Below, piece by piece: positions 25,948-29,156 of a stretch of 29,156 nt of DNA. Positions within the stretch are counted from its first letter, which is position 1. Each line of letters begins with the position of its first letter. The DNA is from an uncultured Planctomycetia bacterium. GTDB lineage: Bacteria; Omnitrophota; Gorgyraeia; JAGLLT01; CAZKQD01. Position numbers and translations under genes: made by a program. The notes beneath the pieces are model-generated. The model did not search any database. It worked only from the letters and a program-made list of their open reading frames with translations, and was not told where the DNA came from. Location of the stretch: positions 1 to 29,156 of the forward strand of contig CAZQVU010000001.1 in NCBI GenBank assembly GCA_964596885.1, in the 5' to 3' direction.

Positions 25948-27771
25948 TTACCCCTCCCCCACCACTAACCTCTCCATAACCATTATATCCACACAACCTC
26001 TTTTGTAACTTCTTATGGCATCCTCTGGTGAACAGACTATAGGCTCTTCATGGACATTAAAGGATGTATTTATTATCACGGGGATACCTGTAAGTTTCTC
26101 AAATTCCTTTATTATATCATAATATAGAGGATTGGTTTCTCTCTTTAAAAGCTGTGGTCTGGCTGTGCCATCTACATGGACAACAGCAGGAATCTTCCTC
26201 TGCCATTCCTTTTTGACATCATAGGTGATGGTCATAAATTGAGCAGTGTATTTAGAACCTTTTATCTTACCATCTAAGATATCTTCTGCCTGTTCATACG
26301 GTATGACTGGTGCAAAGGGCATAAATTCAGTTCTTTGTAAGCGTCTATTTAAGACATCGTGCATCTCTTTCCTGCGGGGATCAGCCAAGACTGATCTATT
26401 ACCCAGGGCTCTTGGACCATATTCCATCCTGCCTTGAAATAGACCTACTATCTTAGCCTCCTGAATATATTTGGCTATTAGTCTGGCTAAGAGTCTTGGG
26501 TCTTCTATCTTTCTATATTTAAGGTTGTGGGTTTTAAGGGCTCTTTCTATCTCATCCTCTGTATAAGAAGGGCCTAAATAGACATCTTTCAGGGGTTTTC
26601 TTTTAAAGTCAGGGTTGATTTGAGATAATACCTGATAGGCTGCACCTAAGGCTAATCCTTCATCTCCCATACCTGGATGGATATAGATATTCTCTACTTG
26701 AGGCAAGTTAAATAATCTCTGATTTAGCTTGACATTGGCAAAGACACCGCCTGCTAAGGCTAGATTCCTGCAGTTATATTTTTTTAAGTAGAAGTCTATA
26801 AATTTTGTTACCCGATCTTCTAAGATATACTGGATGCCAGCAGCAATATCTTCCCGCTCTTCATTAAGGTTCGGTAAAAGCTCTTTCAGTTCCCTAACAC
26901 TATAGAGATCAAGCCACTTATAAATAAAATCCTCTATGGGTTTTTTAGAAAAAAGCCACCTGATATATTCTATAAATACTCTATGAATAACCTTCTTATT
27001 TACTTGCTCGGCTACCCTCAGAACTGGAGATTTAAATATAAGATTACCATTTTCATAATCAATAGATAATAAATGTTTCAATTTTTCATATGTTTTATGG
27101 GGATTACCATAGGCAGCCAGACCTGTAACTTTACCTTCATGCCTATTTTGTTTAAATCCTAATATAGTGGTGGCAAAAGCGTAGAGATTGCCAGCAGAAT
27201 CGTATCTGGACAGATATTGAATCTCTTTAATGCCTCCATTATCATCTACAAAAGCAGAAGAAGATTTTTCATTTCCCTGTCCATCCATTGTTATAGTTAG
27301 ACTATTTTCGTAATCAGTGGAGCAATAAGCTGAGGCTCCATGAGAAAAATGATGCTCAATAAAATCGACTTTACCATTTATTTTGTACAGTGAAAGCCTC
27401 TTCTTAATCTCCTCAATAATATTGAACCCCTTCCAAACAAAATCAATTGTCTGATAGGACCTTAAGAAATTAGCAAGCATATTGAAAGGATTCCTAAAGA
27501 AACGAGTTCGTTCTTCTGAATTTAGCAAACTACGGGGAGAATTATAAAATAAATTTGTTAATAAATCCTCTCCGATAGCAACATAATTTATATTTTGGGC
27601 ATCGACTAGATTAACTAAGTAAGCTATAGCATTAGCGGGAAAACCGACTTCATTCTTCTGTCGAGTAAATCTCTCCTCTGAAACAGCACCTATAATATTT
27701 CCCTCAAAATCTATCAGTGCTGCTGTGCAATTATGCGAAGTAGAAATTCCAAGAATTAACTTTTGATTCAA
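25948..27771 (-). CDS. NodU/CmcH/TobZ-family O-carbamoyltransferase, 607 aa
   Basis: EERFTRQK, EHHFSH, DGQG, EGKVTGLAAYG, LAGGVFANVKLN, GDEG, GPRALGNRS, FMPFAP, HVDGTARPQ, NTSFN; TTG start with AAGGAG and TTGA overlap. Confidence 0.95.
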   Translation of the reverse strand: MNQKLILGISTSHNCTAALIDFEGNIIGAVSEERFTRQKNEVGFPANAIAYLVNLVDAQNINYVAIGEDLLTNLFYNSPRSLLNSEERTRFFRNPFNMLANFLRSYQTIDFVWKGFNIIEEIKKRLSLYKINGKVDFIEHHFSHGASAYCSTDYENSLTITMDGQGNEKSSSAFVDDNGGIKEIQYLSRYDSAGNLYAFATTILGFKQNRHEGKVTGLAAYGNPHKTYEKLKHLLSIDYENGNLIFKSPVLRVAEQVNKKVIHRVFIEYIRWLFSKKPIEDFIYKWLDLYSVRELKELLPNLNEEREDIAAGIQYILEDRVTKFIDFYLKKYNCRNLALAGGVFANVKLNQRLFNLPQVENIYIHPGMGDEGLALGAAYQVLSQINPDFKRKPLKDVYLGPSYTEDEIERALKTHNLKYRKIEDPRLLARLIAKYIQEAKIVGLFQGRMEYGPRALGNRSVLADPRRKEMHDVLNRRLQRTEFMPFAPVIPYEQAEDILDGKIKGSKYTAQFMTITYDVKKEWQRKIPAVVHVDGTARPQLLKRETNPLYYDIIKEFEKLTGIPVIINTSFNVHEEPIVCSPEDAIRSYKRGCVDIMVMERLVVGEG

Positions 27772-28949
27772 GAGACTTTCTCCTTTATTGAATAACCGCT
27801 AACCTCTAATGCTCTTTTGCAAATGTTATACCAGTTATATCTTTTAGATAATTTAACAGCATTGTTTCTCATTATAGCATAAAGATTATCATCGCTTAAT
27901 AATCTAATAAGCGACTCTTTCAACTGAATTTCATCGTATTGAATAGCAAATCCTGCATTCTCCCTTTCGATTTCATAAGCAATTAACGGGAATTTAGTAA
28001 TAATAACTGGAAGACCACATCCTAAATAAACCTTTACTTTTCCAGGATCGGCATAGTAGCTGAAACTATCTTCATCTGTCCTATAGGTAGCCATACCTAT
28101 AGCACATTTACAAAGTATCTTCTCTAACTCTGTATGTTCTTTTATGTATCCTTTAATTTCAACACTTTCTTCTATATTTAAATCCCTTATCAATCTTCTA
28201 ATCTCTGATTCATATTCGCCGATACCAATTATAATAAACTTTATATTTGGAATCTTCTGTCTTACCTCCGGCAGAACACTTAAGACTAATTGAATCCCTT
28301 GTTTATGTAAGAACGCTCCCATATATACAATAGTATTTCTTTCTATTTTCTCTATAGGTAATGGATTTATTCTGGATAAATCAACGCCCATTGGAACAAT
28401 ATGACTTGGAGCACACCTTGAAAGATTTATCCCTTTCTGTTTTCTCCCTTCTTGCATACGAGATGATAAATTCCAGATATAATCTACCTGATAACAACAT
28501 TGTCTATCTATAAAATGATAGATAAAATTTTTCAATTTATTTGGAAAACGCACTGGTACATAATCTATAACATAAAAAATTAACCTTTTAATTAAGCCTA
28601 TTTTTCTAAAGATTAAAAGAGAAAATGTATTAAGTGGGTCTAGACTTATACAGAGGTCAATTCTGCCAGATAGTAAAGTCCAGAAAATATTTAGAAAAAC
28701 ATCTTTTATATAAAAAAAGATATCGCTTAACTTTCTAGAAAACGGAACACAATGTCGTTTAATCTCTATTCCTTCCTCAAAAATAGTAATGGAAGAACTA
28801 ATGTCTCCTTTCTTATAAGAAAAAGGGTGGTCTATATAAATTAACTTCTTGCATCTTGTTTTTAAAAATTCTACCCACTCATCTTTGGGTGATGAAGTTA
28901 ACGAATGAGTCACATAAAGTATAGTTAATTTTGATAAATCCTGACCCAT
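27768..28949 (-). CDS. GT4-family glycosyltransferase, 393 aa
   Basis: IWNLS..M, VPMGVD, IVYMG...KQG, FIIIGIG, PGKVKVYLGCGLPVIIT, AGFAI, YNW. Confidence 0.85.
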   Translation of the reverse strand: MGQDLSKLTILYVTHSLTSSPKDEWVEFLKTRCKKLIYIDHPFSYKKGDISSSITIFEEGIEIKRHCVPFSRKLSDIFFYIKDVFLNIFWTLLSGRIDLCISLDPLNTFSLLIFRKIGLIKRLIFYVIDYVPVRFPNKLKNFIYHFIDRQCCYQVDYIWNLSSRMQEGRKQKGINLSRCAPSHIVPMGVDLSRINPLPIEKIERNTIVYMGAFLHKQGIQLVLSVLPEVRQKIPNIKFIIIGIGEYESEIRRLIRDLNIEESVEIKGYIKEHTELEKILCKCAIGMATYRTDEDSFSYYADPGKVKVYLGCGLPVIITKFPLIAYEIERENAGFAIQYDEIQLKESLIRLLSDDNLYAIMRNNAVKLSKRYNWYNICKRALEVSGYSIKEKVS

Positions 28950-28960
28950 CTATTTTAAAA

Positions 28961-29156
28961 TTAAAAAGAAGTTATTTTTAATTTAATCCCTCTAAAAATA
29001 TGAAACATATAGAATGGAAAGAATTGACCACTTCTAAAATTTAGACTTTGTAAAAAAGGAGAAAAATTCAGCAATCTCAAAGGAATAATACCAAATCGTT
29101 CTACTCTTATTTTACTTAAACCGGCTTCCCTAAAATATCTATATATATGTTTCATA
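28961..29156 (-). CDS. 3' end of a gene truncated by the window edge (possibly a methyltransferase C-terminus)
   Basis: Open frame reaches the window end; stop lies 11 nt before the next ATG, matching operon spacing. FREAGLSKIRVERFG resembles methyltransferase C-termini but is not diagnostic. Confidence 0.45.
   Translation of the reverse strand, partial: MKHIYRYFREAGLSKIRVERFGIIPLRLLNFSPFLQSLNFRSGQFFPFYMFHIFRGIKLKITSF

Noticed and set aside
25951-25972. G-rich tract (GGTGGGGGAGGGG on the - strand) as a G-quadruplex
   Set aside because: Explained by Val-Gly-Glu-Gly codons plus the SD of the next gene; only marginal two-tetrad potential.
24467-25996. ORF-track N-terminus MCGYNGYGEVSGGGG
   Set aside because: Overlaps the carbamoyltransferase by 49 nt; TTG at 25945 has a well-spaced SD and gives a clean signal peptide.

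Overview
AT-rich bacterial window (about one-third G+C in hand-counted samples), almost fully coding. One + strand gene (a 463-aa TPR protein with a near-consensus sigma70 promoter) converges on an uninterrupted - strand run of 23 tightly packed genes spanning about 27.6 kb. In transcription order: a partial ORF, GT4 glycosyltransferase, NodU/CmcH-type carbamoyltransferase, a block of large and small membrane proteins (three YfhO/AftD-like putative GT-C glycosyltransferases, a methyltransferase and five accessory proteins that share domains with them or each other), DUF3108-like protein, CgeB-like GT, two GT2s, a methyltransferase, a DegT aminotransferase, gmhB, a four-helix-bundle gene, a UgtP/MGDG-synthase-like GT28, family-4 uracil-DNA glycosylase and priA. 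It is a cell-envelope glycan synthesis and tailoring locus joined to DNA repair/restart genes. Best leads: (1) a modular, domain-shuffled multi-GT-C extracytoplasmic glycosylation system at 11.7-25.9 kb; (2) a four-helix-bundle gene bracketed by two inverted 4x7-nt arrays, the upstream one giving stops in all three frames plus an RBS; (3) a PriA whose helicase motifs I, II and VI are degenerate while the 3'-binding and Zn domains are intact. No rRNA, tRNA, CRISPR array, transposase or integrase was recognised. All family names come from motif recognition, not database searches. A PVC / Ca. Omnitrophota-like source is only a weak impression.
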